Shown here: in pieces, positions 49,499 to 59,972 of the stretch
How positions within the stretch are numbered: the stretch's first letter is position 1
How the letters are laid out: the number at the start of each line of letters is the position of its first letter
Source: Fibrobacteria bacterium
Lineage (GTDB): Bacteria; Fibrobacterota; Fibrobacteria; UBA11236; JADFYW01
DNA length: 64,000 nucleotides
Assembly (NCBI GenBank): GCA_050294405.1
Contig: JBNKOC010000007.1
Span: 32,001-96,000 of the forward strand
Direction of reading: 5' to 3'
Made by a program: the position numbers and the translations under genes
The notes under the pieces: generated by a model
Database searches by the model: none
Seen by the model: the letters and a program-made list of their open reading frames with translations, nothing else
What the model was told of the DNA's origin: nothing

Positions 49499-49519
49499 AA
49501 GAAATTCCCGTAGTTTGAA

Positions 49520-52042
49520 TTACCGAATTGAATATGCTGATGATGTTAATGGAGTTCTGGGTAATAATACATCGGGAGGGCTGCCTTCAATGGTAATTTC
49601 CACCCATAAGTTATCATATGTACTTAAAATACTTTGCAAATCATCCCCAGTAGAGCCTTCTCCGAGTCTGGCTACAAACAAACCATCGTCCACAGTAATA
49701 GCCTGGGAGTTCGCAATTAAAAAAGACTCGGCATAAACTTCTGTACCTGCCGAGGCATCTGTAAATAAGCGAATGCTGGCTTCCACATCCACTGGAGTAG
49801 GGTAACCTATGGGGTTTCCTGCATCGTCTAAAAGTTCTCCGCTAATGGACAATTTTTGAGAGTTTGGAACTGCGCCAGGCAGTTGGACTGTTAAGCCAGC
49901 ATTGTTACTAACCACAGTACCCCCAGGGTTATCTACAACAACGCTAAAAACAGCCCCGTTATCCGCTAAGGTAGCTCCAACAAAATCGTAAGTGCTCGAA
50001 TTAGCACTTGGGATGTTTAAACCGTCTTTTCGCCATTGGTAACTTAAGGGAGCGGTTCCGGAAGCCACTACAGAAAAACTGGCTGTTTGCCCTACTTCAA
50101 TGGTTTGCGAAACAGGTTGGGTAACAATAACCGGAGGGCCTGGGTTTACAGTTAATATAGCGCTGGAGCTAGTTGTGCTTCCACCTGCATTGGAAACAAT
50201 TACCGAATACGCATCATTATTATTTGAATAAGTTAAAACAGGAGTGGTATAAGTGTTGCTGTTTCCACCTACATAGCTTCCAAATCTTCTCCATTGGTAT
50301 GTTAATGGGGCCGAACTTACAGCAACCACGCTAAAGCTTGCCGTTTCGCCTTCAAACCTGGTTTGGTTGGCAGGATGAGTCGTAATAACAGGAGGAGCAG
50401 GCACAACCGTTAAGGTAGCCGGGTTACTGGTGATACTTCCCCCGGCATTTGTAACTATCACCCTGTAAACATCGCCATTTTCACTGTAATTAGTTGCACC
50501 AGTGTTATAGCTTGAACTCGTTGCCCCTGCAATGTTTGCTCCATTTAACTGCCATTGATAGCTAATTGGAGTTGTTCCCGCTGTGGTCACACTAAAAATA
50601 GCCGCTTGAGGCTCATTTACTGTGATATCTACAGGATGTACTGTAATTGTTGGAGGTAAGGCTATAACTGTTAAAACAGCAGCTGAACTTGTTACAGAAC
50701 CTTCACTATTTGAAACCACTACAGTAAAACTGGCGCCATTGTCGGAATAAGCTGCAACTGAAGTGGTATAACTGGCTCCGGTAGCTCCAGAAATATCTGC
50801 ACCATCTCTTTGCCATTGGTAAGTTAAAGGGGCTGTTCCATTTGCCACAACGGTAAATGTTGCTGTTTCAAGTTCATTAACGGTTTGAGATGCTGGTTGT
50901 GTTACAATAGTTGGAGCTGTTGCCGCATCATTCCAGGGAGTCAACCGATATCCGGGAATAGGTCTTTCCATCTCGCCGGTAATTCCAGGACCTTGCCAAC
51001 CCACTGCAATATTATCACCACCTACTTCTTCTTTTTGTAAAACCTCGATGTAATATTTTTGACCGGCCACCAAGCTTACCGGGCTGGATTGTTGGCTGGC
51101 ATATTTAGTCCATTCCAAATGGTTTGCCCAGCCAATGATATTGGCGATGAGTGAAGCATTTGCCGGGCTTTCATCGGAGCTAAGCCATAACTCACCATCG
51201 TCGTCGGTGGCCAACCAAAAGGTATAGCTACCAGTTGCCGGAGCCTCGACATAACCTCTCATTCTTGTGCCAAACTGGTCTGCTACATCAACCGGACCAT
51301 CCAAAACAGAAATTACCTGACTGGTTGAGGGGTTATCAGGATAATTAGCCGCACCGGTTAATGAAGCAATAGTTGTCCCTGGAATACCAGTAAACGTTTC
51401 CATCAAAATTCCGCTCGCTCCCGCAGGGTTGGAGGTGATGACAAAATCATCAAAATATGCCGTGGCTTGCTCCGCCAATTCTGTTTTTTTGTTATTGTAC
51501 ATTCCAATGGTAATACCGTGATTGCCGGCACTTAAATTACCCAAATAAACTGTAAAGGTTTGCCAACCCGTTTCTAATGGATCGCCGCCTCCCCCATACA
51601 ATTGGGCTACATAATCATTTCCGGATACACCGACTAAATTGCCATTTAGAGCGACCAATACCTGATTGTATTCGTCCCCTTCATAATTAGATACAGTTTG
51701 AAGGTTGTATTTTAAGGAAAGGGTCACATTCCCGGCAGAGGCTAAAGAAAAGTTGATAGTCCAACCGCCGGACATATTGTTAATGGGTGTGGCATCGACC
51801 CCGCCCACCGTAACCGTTAGGGCACCGCTGCCACCAAAACCGCCGCTGGCATTTCGGACACCTGAAGCATAATTAGGTTGGGACGTAGCCCGAAATGGGT
51901 CATCCACATAATTAAAACTGTTGCTATTGGAATTAAAATCCGCTTGTAATACAATACCGGAATAAAGACTTCCACTTAACACCACTAACAATAAAAATAA
52001 AGCGGAAATAAATGTTTTATTAATATCAAACCTGTTTTTCAC
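49520..52042 (-). CDS. Secreted PA14 + tandem Ig-domain protein with C-terminal fibre-protein-type domain
   Basis: GTG start after GAGG; signal peptide; PA14 ATDDDGELWLS; four P.I...P...GTAPL.YQW-type Ig repeats; ends LWVEITI...PRTPLTSSAYS. Confidence 0.85.
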   Translation of the reverse strand: MKNRFDINKTFISALFLLLVVLSGSLYSGIVLQADFNSNSNSFNYVDDPFRATSQPNYASGVRNASGGFGGSGALTVTVGGVDATPINNMSGGWTINFSLASAGNVTLSLKYNLQTVSNYEGDEYNQVLVALNGNLVGVSGNDYVAQLYGGGGDPLETGWQTFTVYLGNLSAGNHGITIGMYNNKKTELAEQATAYFDDFVITSNPAGASGILMETFTGIPGTTIASLTGAANYPDNPSTSQVISVLDGPVDVADQFGTRMRGYVEAPATGSYTFWLATDDDGELWLSSDESPANASLIANIIGWANHLEWTKYASQQSSPVSLVAGQKYYIEVLQKEEVGGDNIAVGWQGPGITGEMERPIPGYRLTPWNDAATAPTIVTQPASQTVNELETATFTVVANGTAPLTYQWQRDGADISGATGASYTTSVAAYSDNGASFTVVVSNSEGSVTSSAAVLTVIALPPTITVHPVDITVNEPQAAIFSVTTAGTTPISYQWQLNGANIAGATSSSYNTGATNYSENGDVYRVIVTNAGGSITSNPATLTVVPAPPVITTHPANQTRFEGETASFSVVAVSSAPLTYQWRRFGSYVGGNSNTYTTPVLTYSNNNDAYSVIVSNAGGSTTSSSAILTVNPGPPVIVTQPVSQTIEVGQTASFSVVASGTAPLSYQWRKDGLNIPSANSSTYDFVGATLADNGAVFSVVVDNPGGTVVSNNAGLTVQLPGAVPNSQKLSISGELLDDAGNPIGYPTPVDVEASIRLFTDASAGTEVYAESFLIANSQAITVDDGLFVARLGEGSTGDDLQSILSTYDNLWVEITIEGSPPDVLLPRTPLTSSAYSIR

Positions 52043-52570
52043 GGAGCAACCTCGATTTCTAAAACAAAAATTTTAAAAGGCGAACTAAAAATTTTACAAG
52101 AAATTTAATATAATCCAATCGAATGTAAACACAACTTTACAAAATATTTTGTGACAAAATGTATCTAAAACACATAACATCAAATAAATTAAACGTTCAA
52201 ACCGTTAAATTAGAGTTGATACGAGTAGATGCAATTACATTGCATTTTTAAATGAATTAAAATTTAATCCATTTTATAAATCGCAATTTAGAATATTTAT
52301 ATAACCCTGTCACTTCTATCTCACAATATTTTTTAAAATAAATTCGCTTTTTTGTGTTTCTAAATTGAACCCAAATAAAAATGTCTATTCCAACACCCCC
52401 TTATAGGCAAAAAAATAAAGATTATGGCGTTTTTTATCCCAAATCTCCAAACCAAAGACAAAAATAACTGCATATCTTCACATCCAAAACTCAATTAACT
52501 AAATTTCTCTTTGGAGGAGCTTTGTTTTAATTCAATTTCAGATTGAAATTATTTCACATTGGGGAAACAT

Positions 52571-53491
52571 ATGAAGAGTGAGCCTTTACCATTAACATGC
52601 GCCTGTTTGCTTTTTGCATGGCTTTCGGGCTTTAGCCAAGTCATCCCATTTGACACACTTTTTAATGGAGAAGATTTAACTGGCTGGAATGTTATTAGCG
52701 CTGTGGATGATGATAAGGATTTTGTTAGTGTGCAGAACGGGGCTATTAACATCACTTCCGATGGAGGCCACGGTTGGCTGTGGCTCATGTCTGAAAAAGA
52801 GTATACGGACTTTGTTTTGAAGTTAAAGTTTTCCGCCCCTAATGGAGACTACGGCAATAGCGGAGTTAACTTTCGCAGCCAATTCGATGAAGCAGACGAT
52901 GGCGGCTATCTTAACGGGCCCCAGGTAGACATCTACCCGCGGGATAATTGGCGCACGGGGTTAATCCTGGATATGACCCGGGGAAATGAACGCTGGCTGC
53001 AGCCAGACTTGCCAAACTGGAATATCACGCCTCAGAGCACACCCGATGGATGGAGCTTTAACTATGAACCCGAATGGAATGATTTGGAAATACATGTTAT
53101 TGGTACCACGGTAACCACCATTGTTAATGGAATCACTTATGTTGACGAATGGGATGGCGATGGTGTAATAAATAGTTCCGCCCATCAATCTAAGGGCGTG
53201 GGAGAAACAGGTTATTTTGCCTTGCAGGCGCACAGTGGCGAACAAGTGCAAATCGCTTTTAAGGATATATACATTCAGGATTTAACCAACGGGACTCCCA
53301 TCGACACTACCACGGCCATTGATACTTATTCCTTAAATAAAAATGACGCCAGTCCAGCTAAGCAGCTGTTTATCCAAAGCCTGATAGGAAGTTCCGAGAT
53401 ACGCCCTTCGGGGATATATTTTTATCAGCAAGAGGCAGGGGAAATCAGCCCAAAAAATCAGATTTTTAATTTAAGGGGCCAAAGCAAATAA
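52571..53491 (+). CDS. DUF1080 (3-keto-disaccharide hydrolase family) secreted protein
   Basis: LFNGEDLTGW, EYTDFVLKL, GNSGV, WND, GYFALQAH, FKDIYI; C-terminal IFNLRG tail. ORF track starts at 52559. Confidence 0.88.
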   Translation: MKSEPLPLTCACLLFAWLSGFSQVIPFDTLFNGEDLTGWNVISAVDDDKDFVSVQNGAINITSDGGHGWLWLMSEKEYTDFVLKLKFSAPNGDYGNSGVNFRSQFDEADDGGYLNGPQVDIYPRDNWRTGLILDMTRGNERWLQPDLPNWNITPQSTPDGWSFNYEPEWNDLEIHVIGTTVTTIVNGITYVDEWDGDGVINSSAHQSKGVGETGYFALQAHSGEQVQIAFKDIYIQDLTNGTPIDTTTAIDTYSLNKNDASPAKQLFIQSLIGSSEIRPSGIYFYQQEAGEISPKNQIFNLRGQSK

Positions 53492-53595
53492 GCCCCTTTC
53501 AGGTTGAAAGCAACGATGTATCAAATCCTGAGGGAATCCGAGAAGACTTGTAAATAGTCTATTCCAACCTGTGGGAGCCTGAAGCGCCCAATTTT

Positions 53596-54633
53596 TTACT
53601 CATAAACATATAAGTCCGGCCACCTGTCATTTCCAGTGTGGAATGTGAGACGGACGGCCTTTTTGGCCTTTTCTCCAATCTTCCATATAAACACTTCATA
53701 ATCATATATATCATGATCATGCCCTTTTGAAGTAGCGCACCATACCATGTATTTCCCAGTATTGTCTAATTTAGGGAAATATTCATGGGAAAGCCTTCCG
53801 GGTAAATCCATAAATCTGATCTCTTTTGGCACTCTCAAACTACTCACCTTTGTTTTAGGAGCTCCGTTTTCCACTTCTATATGTAAAATTTCGCTTGGAG
53901 CAGCTGTCCCTCCATTTCCAGTGGGGTTTACCCTGTAAATCTTTTTACCACCAGGAAACCAATCTATCTGGCAGCCTCCGCCTGTTGTCTCCCATTTTTT
54001 GGCTTCAATATTCCAAATCCCCGTTTCTCGGGAGGTTCCCCGCAAAGTGGCTGCTAAGTATTTGCCGTCGGGAGATAAATTGGGCTCCTGAACTATGGTT
54101 CCTTCTTTAAGTACATTACCATCGAAAAGTAATTCTTCGGACGACCCCGCTTCTAAAGACCGGATAAAAGCTTTGTTAGCTTTGGCGTAAACAATTTTGT
54201 TTCCCCCATCATGCCAGGTTCCCCAAACAGCTCCTTCAACTATTTTTTGTAAATCGCTGCCATCTATATTAATGCTGTATATATCCCATTTATCAGGATA
54301 TTTTGCATCGGTTTCAGGAACCCATCCCCCTTTGCTCCTGGTGAACAAAACTTTTTTGCCATCCGGTGATATACGGGGAAACCAATCCACATGATCGCTT
54401 TTTGTTAGGGCTTTGGCATCGCTGCCATCTGCATTCATGATCCACAAATCATGTTTAGAGTTAGACCTTGAAGTGGACCAAACAATTTTTCCATTAATTT
54501 GCCCTTTTAAGGCATCCATTTGTTTTTGGAATTTCTTCTTTATTTTTACCGGTGAACCCATAGGGGCTTCCTGAGCTATTGCAGATGTAGTTGCCAAAAA
54601 AAACATTAACGCTAGAGCTAACAATTTAATCAT
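53596..54633 (-). CDS. TolB-like (PD40/WD40) beta-propeller exported protein
   Basis: Signal peptide; LWIMNADGS, FPRISPDGKKVLF, LSPDGKYLA, RLTFHTGNDRWP. Confidence 0.85.
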   Translation of the reverse strand: MIKLLALALMFFLATTSAIAQEAPMGSPVKIKKKFQKQMDALKGQINGKIVWSTSRSNSKHDLWIMNADGSDAKALTKSDHVDWFPRISPDGKKVLFTRSKGGWVPETDAKYPDKWDIYSINIDGSDLQKIVEGAVWGTWHDGGNKIVYAKANKAFIRSLEAGSSEELLFDGNVLKEGTIVQEPNLSPDGKYLAATLRGTSRETGIWNIEAKKWETTGGGCQIDWFPGGKKIYRVNPTGNGGTAAPSEILHIEVENGAPKTKVSSLRVPKEIRFMDLPGRLSHEYFPKLDNTGKYMVWCATSKGHDHDIYDYEVFIWKIGEKAKKAVRLTFHTGNDRWPDLYVYE

Positions 54634-54702
54634 AGTCCTTCCTCTTATTTATATTCCAGTACCCGGATATTAAGTTAAAAAATAAAAAGTCTCAGATTAG
54701 TT

Positions 54703-56388
54703 TTAATTTGGACTTGTGAGACCCATTATACTTTGTTGCAAATGGTACAGAGATTCTTGCAATAATTGCGGGTGATTTTTCCATTTGTTTTTTAATTCCA
54801 GTTCTATATTATTTACAGTGGCCTCGTCTTTTAAATTCAGCCCCTCTCCTTTTTCCTCCAAATTCAGGCTAAACAGTGCTTCTGTTCCGTTGGTATAGGA
54901 TAATCTCCAATTTTTTTGTTGGTACAGCCAGTGGGCTAATTTTTGGTAACGGCTAAAAAGTGCCAGAGGGATAAGCACCTTTTCAATTTCGTAACTTTGT
55001 TGAAGTTGAGGAAAGGTTTGGGGATTGTCTAAAACATTTAAATAGTTTTGAAAGAACTGGGGCTCTTTAATCACAAACCGGCCGTCTATAAAAGATTTTT
55101 TGGAAGGATATAAGTGAAAGTTTAAATACCCACCGTAGCGTGCGGCATTAAATATATTTCCCGAAAAAGACTCTTTTTTTAGAATTTGAACGGATTCTAC
55201 CGGATACCGGAACGGCGAAAGAGGCGGAGAAAAAGGACTGTTATTTAATAGCCTGAAATGATTTATTCCAGCTCCTAAAAGCGCAAAGGCTAAAGCAAAG
55301 CCCCCCCATTGGAACAAGGTTAAACCAGAGTATTTCCTATCTGTTTTTTTAAATACAAATTGAGAGCTGTAATAGGCTAACAACCCCGAACTTATAAATA
55401 AAAATAGAATAACATTTCTTTTTGAAATAAAAGCAAGCAGGCTAAAGGCTAATAAAATAATCAGATGCGCTACAAGTAATTGCCGGTTGGCTACAGAACC
55501 TTCTAAGCCATTATTTTTGTCCTCATTGTTTTTTAAACTGGAAAACATAAACAAAAGCAAAATCAAACTGCTACCAACCACCACAAACAAAATGTATTGT
55601 TGCGAACTTCTCCAAAGGCCCATTAAAGGTATATTTTCCGAAATATTCTGAGAATATAAATTTGATTCGGAAGGGTTAATTTTGCCGTACAGTCCAAAAG
55701 GATAACCTAGCAATTTAAGTCCATTTGGATTTATGGCGCTTAGCAAAAATTGAAGAACGGGAATAAAAAATATCCCTTTTATTTTATTTAACAATGGGTT
55801 ATTTGATAAGAGATTATGCCCAGAGAAATAAGCGAAACTCAAAAAGGGTCCCAGCACAAACAACCCTTGACAGTTTGCCCAGAATACTTGCATTAATAGT
55901 ATCAACCCAATCCATTTAGCTTTTTTATCCGCAATCCATCGTTCCATAAAAAAGACGTTTAAGGACATACATAAAAGGCTAATCAAAACAGGACGGGCTA
56001 AAAATTCAAAACGAATAGAAAACAAAACCAATACAAACAAACTTAGGGAAAGCATGTTTATGGATTTTTTGCAAAAAGCTTTTAACAAAAAAAAACAGGA
56101 AAAGCAAACAACTAAAGTTTTAAAAACAAGTACCCCCCAAACCCCGGCGATGTTATAAAATCCAAAATTTATTAATTGGTAAAGCCAATGGACATTTATC
56201 CAGGGCTCAACAGACGGAGTAAAACTAAAGGGATCTTCCCGCAAAAAGCCAGGACCAACTAACATCTCCCGGGCAGAAGCCAGATGCCACCAAATATCTG
56301 TATTGGTTAGGGTAAAGAATGTAAAAAAGCCCGTTAAAGCTGCGGCAAGCCCTATTTTGATTTCGGCCTTGTTCAATTCAGATAGCAC
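54703..56388 (-). CDS. Polytopic membrane protein, putative GT-C-type glycosyltransferase
   Basis: DIWWHL...DPFS in the first loop, RP, WAN.G, INPNG, GGYL and FIDGR motifs; more than 10 TM helices. Confidence 0.6.
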   Translation of the reverse strand: MLSELNKAEIKIGLAAALTGFFTFFTLTNTDIWWHLASAREMLVGPGFLREDPFSFTPSVEPWINVHWLYQLINFGFYNIAGVWGVLVFKTLVVCFSCFFLLKAFCKKSINMLSLSLFVLVLFSIRFEFLARPVLISLLCMSLNVFFMERWIADKKAKWIGLILLMQVFWANCQGLFVLGPFLSFAYFSGHNLLSNNPLLNKIKGIFFIPVLQFLLSAINPNGLKLLGYPFGLYGKINPSESNLYSQNISENIPLMGLWRSSQQYILFVVVGSSLILLLFMFSSLKNNEDKNNGLEGSVANRQLLVAHLIILLAFSLLAFISKRNVILFLFISSGLLAYYSSQFVFKKTDRKYSGLTLFQWGGFALAFALLGAGINHFRLLNNSPFSPPLSPFRYPVESVQILKKESFSGNIFNAARYGGYLNFHLYPSKKSFIDGRFVIKEPQFFQNYLNVLDNPQTFPQLQQSYEIEKVLIPLALFSRYQKLAHWLYQQKNWRLSYTNGTEALFSLNLEEKGEGLNLKDEATVNNIELELKNKWKNHPQLLQESLYHLQQSIMGLTSPN

Positions 56389-56391
56389 CTT

Positions 56392-58395
56392 TTACTTGTA
56401 ATCTACATCTTCCCACTTTTGGCTGTAGTGGAATAAATCTCTGGCGGCCATCATGTATATTAGTAATTTTTTCTCGGATATTTTCTTAGAACGGGTCCGC
56501 ATCATTTTTTTTCGGACTAATGGCCCTCCGCCCCAACTTGTAATAATATCCAATTCCCTTCCAATTTTTTGAGCAATATGAGAACCCACACCCCCGGATT
56601 TCCCATCGATATGTTCAAATACCCCCGTAAAACTATCTCCAATTAACAGGATAGGTGAGTTTTTATCAGGCTCTATTCCATTTCCATCTTTTAAAACCCT
56701 GGAATTGGCAATAGGAACTGCCGGATACGCTGCCTGTCTGTCTTCTGGCAGACGCTCCACAATATCCCCTCTTTTCAAGATTGTGGTATCTGAAACATTG
56801 TAAACCGATGTATTAGAAGAGATACTGGAATACCATTTATATTCCTTTATTCTTTCCGCTATTTTTTGCGCTGCCAGCTTTAGCCCAATACTGGTCCAAT
56901 GGGTGTCTTGTAGTTGGTACAAAGAATCCGCCATAGCTTTGGATTTATTTTTTTCTTCTAAAAATATAGGCAACAGATCTATGACCTCAATTCCGTTCTC
57001 CTGTAACTGCTTTAAATAATACCTACCCCAGGGATTTACGATTTCAGCAACTTCCGCTTTCCCTTTCAGATGCTCGGGATAGACTTCTGTTTTTGGAGGA
57101 ACGGGAACAAAAAGAAAATCTATGTTATTTTTTCCCAAATAATTTTTCAACTCAACTATATGTTTGGTGGGATTATAGCTATCTTCCTGAGCGGATAGAT
57201 CTTCAGCCAAACTATACTCCAAAGACTTCCTGAAAAAAAGCCATTTGTTTTTTCCCTCAATACCCATTTGAGCATCAGGAAGCGATGCAAGCATTGCCTT
57301 TTGCTCATTTCTAAATTGCTCTAAAGAATTTTCCCAGGCTTTAGGCGCTCCATAAGTCTCAAACTCTTTTTTAAATCGATCTTGGTTAGCAATATAGTTG
57401 GGGGAATTTTTTACGGATTCAATTTGAGCGGAAGCCTCGGTGAGGGAAGATGAACTTGCTTCCTGTGCATCAGTGGCCTGTGAAGTTTCATCCGGCTTTT
57501 TAAAATGAGGTATATGGAAAACATTGTAAATGGGTTTTCCCAAAGGATTGCCCCTAATAACAATGGTGGGATTTTTAATGGAAACTTTTTTTAACTGTTT
57601 GCGGATTTTCTTTTCGGTGTCTTCATTTGGCCAAACCGCCCCTTCCGCAACAGGCACCAGGTCTGTATTCAAAGATGGATACCAATACGAAGCCAACAAC
57701 TGAGCCCAATCCATAACCTGGCTACGACTAAGCTCTTGTTTTAGATATTCCTTTTCCATCCATTCAAAAACAGGTTTTGTTTTTTCTGCAGGAATTCCCG
57801 ATAAATTTAATTTTCCATAAATTTCCGCAAACCCATCATTATCCCAATCCTTTAACCCTTTAACAAACTTGACCCAATGGGCAAATTCAATTTCCACCCA
57901 TAAGCTGGGCCCGGATTCTTCCTGATGTATCCAGGCTGTTACCACTTTTTGATAGGAGGGATATATGGAAGGGTCGGCCCATTTGTAAGCATTTATCTTA
58001 GCTGTTAATTGAGCAATATCTTCTGTCTTGGTTTTTTCCCAAATTAAATTTTTAAGGGCAGGCCAGGCCATGGGCTTTGCCTTTTCCGAATCGGAAAGGG
58101 GACTTGCTTCCAAAGTTAAGGCGGTTTTCAAAATAGCGCCGTTAAAATTCAGACTGTCCCATAAAATTTTTCCTTTTGGTTTTTTAGGTTTAAATTTTTC
58201 GGGATTGTGCCTTACCGGATTATTGTTATAGGCCGCGTAATCTAAATTCGCCTGAGTGGGTGAAGCAATTTCACGCACCATAACTAAAGATTTTTTTCGA
58301 TTAAATTTGGGAACAAGCTCATTATAAGGATGTGCAAAAAGGCCTATCCCCATTCCAAAAGTTAAAAGAACTAATTTGTGTGCTAAGCTATACAT
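56392..58395 (-). CDS. AlgX/AlgJ-family SGNH O-acetyltransferase with N-terminal extension
   Basis: GKNKWLFF, VPPKTEVYP, DTHW followed by IGDSF (permuted SGNH order). Confidence 0.85.
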   Translation of the reverse strand: MYSLAHKLVLLTFGMGIGLFAHPYNELVPKFNRKKSLVMVREIASPTQANLDYAAYNNNPVRHNPEKFKPKKPKGKILWDSLNFNGAILKTALTLEASPLSDSEKAKPMAWPALKNLIWEKTKTEDIAQLTAKINAYKWADPSIYPSYQKVVTAWIHQEESGPSLWVEIEFAHWVKFVKGLKDWDNDGFAEIYGKLNLSGIPAEKTKPVFEWMEKEYLKQELSRSQVMDWAQLLASYWYPSLNTDLVPVAEGAVWPNEDTEKKIRKQLKKVSIKNPTIVIRGNPLGKPIYNVFHIPHFKKPDETSQATDAQEASSSSLTEASAQIESVKNSPNYIANQDRFKKEFETYGAPKAWENSLEQFRNEQKAMLASLPDAQMGIEGKNKWLFFRKSLEYSLAEDLSAQEDSYNPTKHIVELKNYLGKNNIDFLFVPVPPKTEVYPEHLKGKAEVAEIVNPWGRYYLKQLQENGIEVIDLLPIFLEEKNKSKAMADSLYQLQDTHWTSIGLKLAAQKIAERIKEYKWYSSISSNTSVYNVSDTTILKRGDIVERLPEDRQAAYPAVPIANSRVLKDGNGIEPDKNSPILLIGDSFTGVFEHIDGKSGGVGSHIAQKIGRELDIITSWGGGPLVRKKMMRTRSKKISEKKLLIYMMAARDLFHYSQKWEDVDYK

Positions 58396-58410
58396 AGTAT
58401 TTTATCCCGC

Positions 58411-59961
58411 TTACAATTCCACATCTTTCCAACCTTCTGCTCCAAATTGAATGTCTCTTTCCACAAATTCCCACACCACCAATTTTTTGCCTTTTAAAAT
58501 ATTTTTTTTTCGGGACAGCTTTTTGCGAACCAGAGTGGAAGCTCCTCCATTGTTAACAATGGATGCAAGCGGCTCCGAAAGTTCTTTGGCCAAATGGCTT
58601 ATCCAACCGGCGCTTCGAGGCGTGTCTGTTTGAAATATTCTGGAAAAGCTATCTCCCAAAACTAATATCCGGGAATTTCTAAAGTCATCTTTATAAAGTT
58701 GACGAGATATTTCCTCCCCGGAACTGTCTCTCACAAGTTTAAACACCTGATTACATAATGCATCTTCTTTGGAAAATTCAATTTTTAATGACTTAATAGT
58801 GGGAAACTCCAGTTTGGTCATATCGGTAATATCCCCCGTGCGGCTAACCCTTATGCTATCAGTTGCATATTCCGTATTAGTTTTATTTTCTTCAAACCAA
58901 CTGTAATTTTTAATTTTATCAGCTACTATCTTAGCCGCCAATTCAAGCCCGCGGGGTTTCCAATGGGTATCACGAGCTAAATATACATAGTCATTTAATT
59001 CACTGTCGCGCTCCCTCTCTCGCAAAAAAGGCTCATGGAGATTTACAGTTTCAATTCCCCGCTCTTTGAGCTCGGCTAAAAACTTTTTAGTATGTTTCGA
59101 CACTGCAGCAATTTTTTGCATATCCCCATTCAGATTGTCATTTAATAAATCGGGATATATGGAGGCTTTTCCAGGGGCAATAACAATTAATAGCTCAATT
59201 CCTTTTTCTTCTAATTGGTTTTTAAAATGTTCTATGGCCTTGATAGGGTCTTCCATAAGAACAGCCCCTTCTTCCCCGTAAGAAGCCAACCTGTTGTTTC
59301 GAAAATAGGGCTTGGTTAAATAATCCACGCCTTGCTTGTAAAAAAACCAATCTTTTTCTCCAGGAACAGCTTTATCACCGGTTTCTCCCAGCAAATGGTA
59401 ATTAACGTACTGAAGGCCTTCTCTAGCCCAAAGGGCAATTTTGGAATTGTCTTCCATTTCTTTTTCATAGGCCCTCAAATACTCTGCATTAAACAAAGTT
59501 TCTTTAAATATGGCCTGGAACCAGAGAGAAATGGTTTTAAAAAACGAAAGCGAAGAGTATTCACTTTCTAAAGTTTCAATATTTCCAGAAATGCCGTTTT
59601 TATCCTGGTTTTGAATGCTTTTATTTAAGCTTTCAAAAATATTCTGCTGATTGCTCTTTTTTATATGCCCGTCATTAAGAGATACATAGCGATTTATTTG
59701 CCTTCGCAGGTTTTGCATGTCTTTAAACAGGTAAGACATTTCATCAAAATCCGGGTTTGAATTGGCAGAAAGTTCTTTTATTTCCGCAATTTTTCCACTG
59801 ATGTTATTGTAGCGTGTTAAAGGGGTTTTAAAACTATCCACGATTAAATAGCCCGCCTGAATATGAGACTTCCATTCCACCCAGGCCTGGTAGCCACCCA
59901 CAGATACAATGAGGAGCACAAAAGCTGAAATAAACAGGGTTCTTAATTTTCTGGCATTCAT
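58411..59961 (-). CDS. AlgJ/AlgX-family SGNH O-acetyltransferase with N-terminal TM anchor
   Basis: GEKDWFFY, APGKASIYP, RDTHW, LGDSF, VVWEFVER. Confidence 0.87.
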   Translation of the reverse strand: MNARKLRTLFISAFVLLIVSVGGYQAWVEWKSHIQAGYLIVDSFKTPLTRYNNISGKIAEIKELSANSNPDFDEMSYLFKDMQNLRRQINRYVSLNDGHIKKSNQQNIFESLNKSIQNQDKNGISGNIETLESEYSSLSFFKTISLWFQAIFKETLFNAEYLRAYEKEMEDNSKIALWAREGLQYVNYHLLGETGDKAVPGEKDWFFYKQGVDYLTKPYFRNNRLASYGEEGAVLMEDPIKAIEHFKNQLEEKGIELLIVIAPGKASIYPDLLNDNLNGDMQKIAAVSKHTKKFLAELKERGIETVNLHEPFLRERERDSELNDYVYLARDTHWKPRGLELAAKIVADKIKNYSWFEENKTNTEYATDSIRVSRTGDITDMTKLEFPTIKSLKIEFSKEDALCNQVFKLVRDSSGEEISRQLYKDDFRNSRILVLGDSFSRIFQTDTPRSAGWISHLAKELSEPLASIVNNGGASTLVRKKLSRKKNILKGKKLVVWEFVERDIQFGAEGWKDVEL

Positions 59962-59972
59962 TATAAAGAAAT

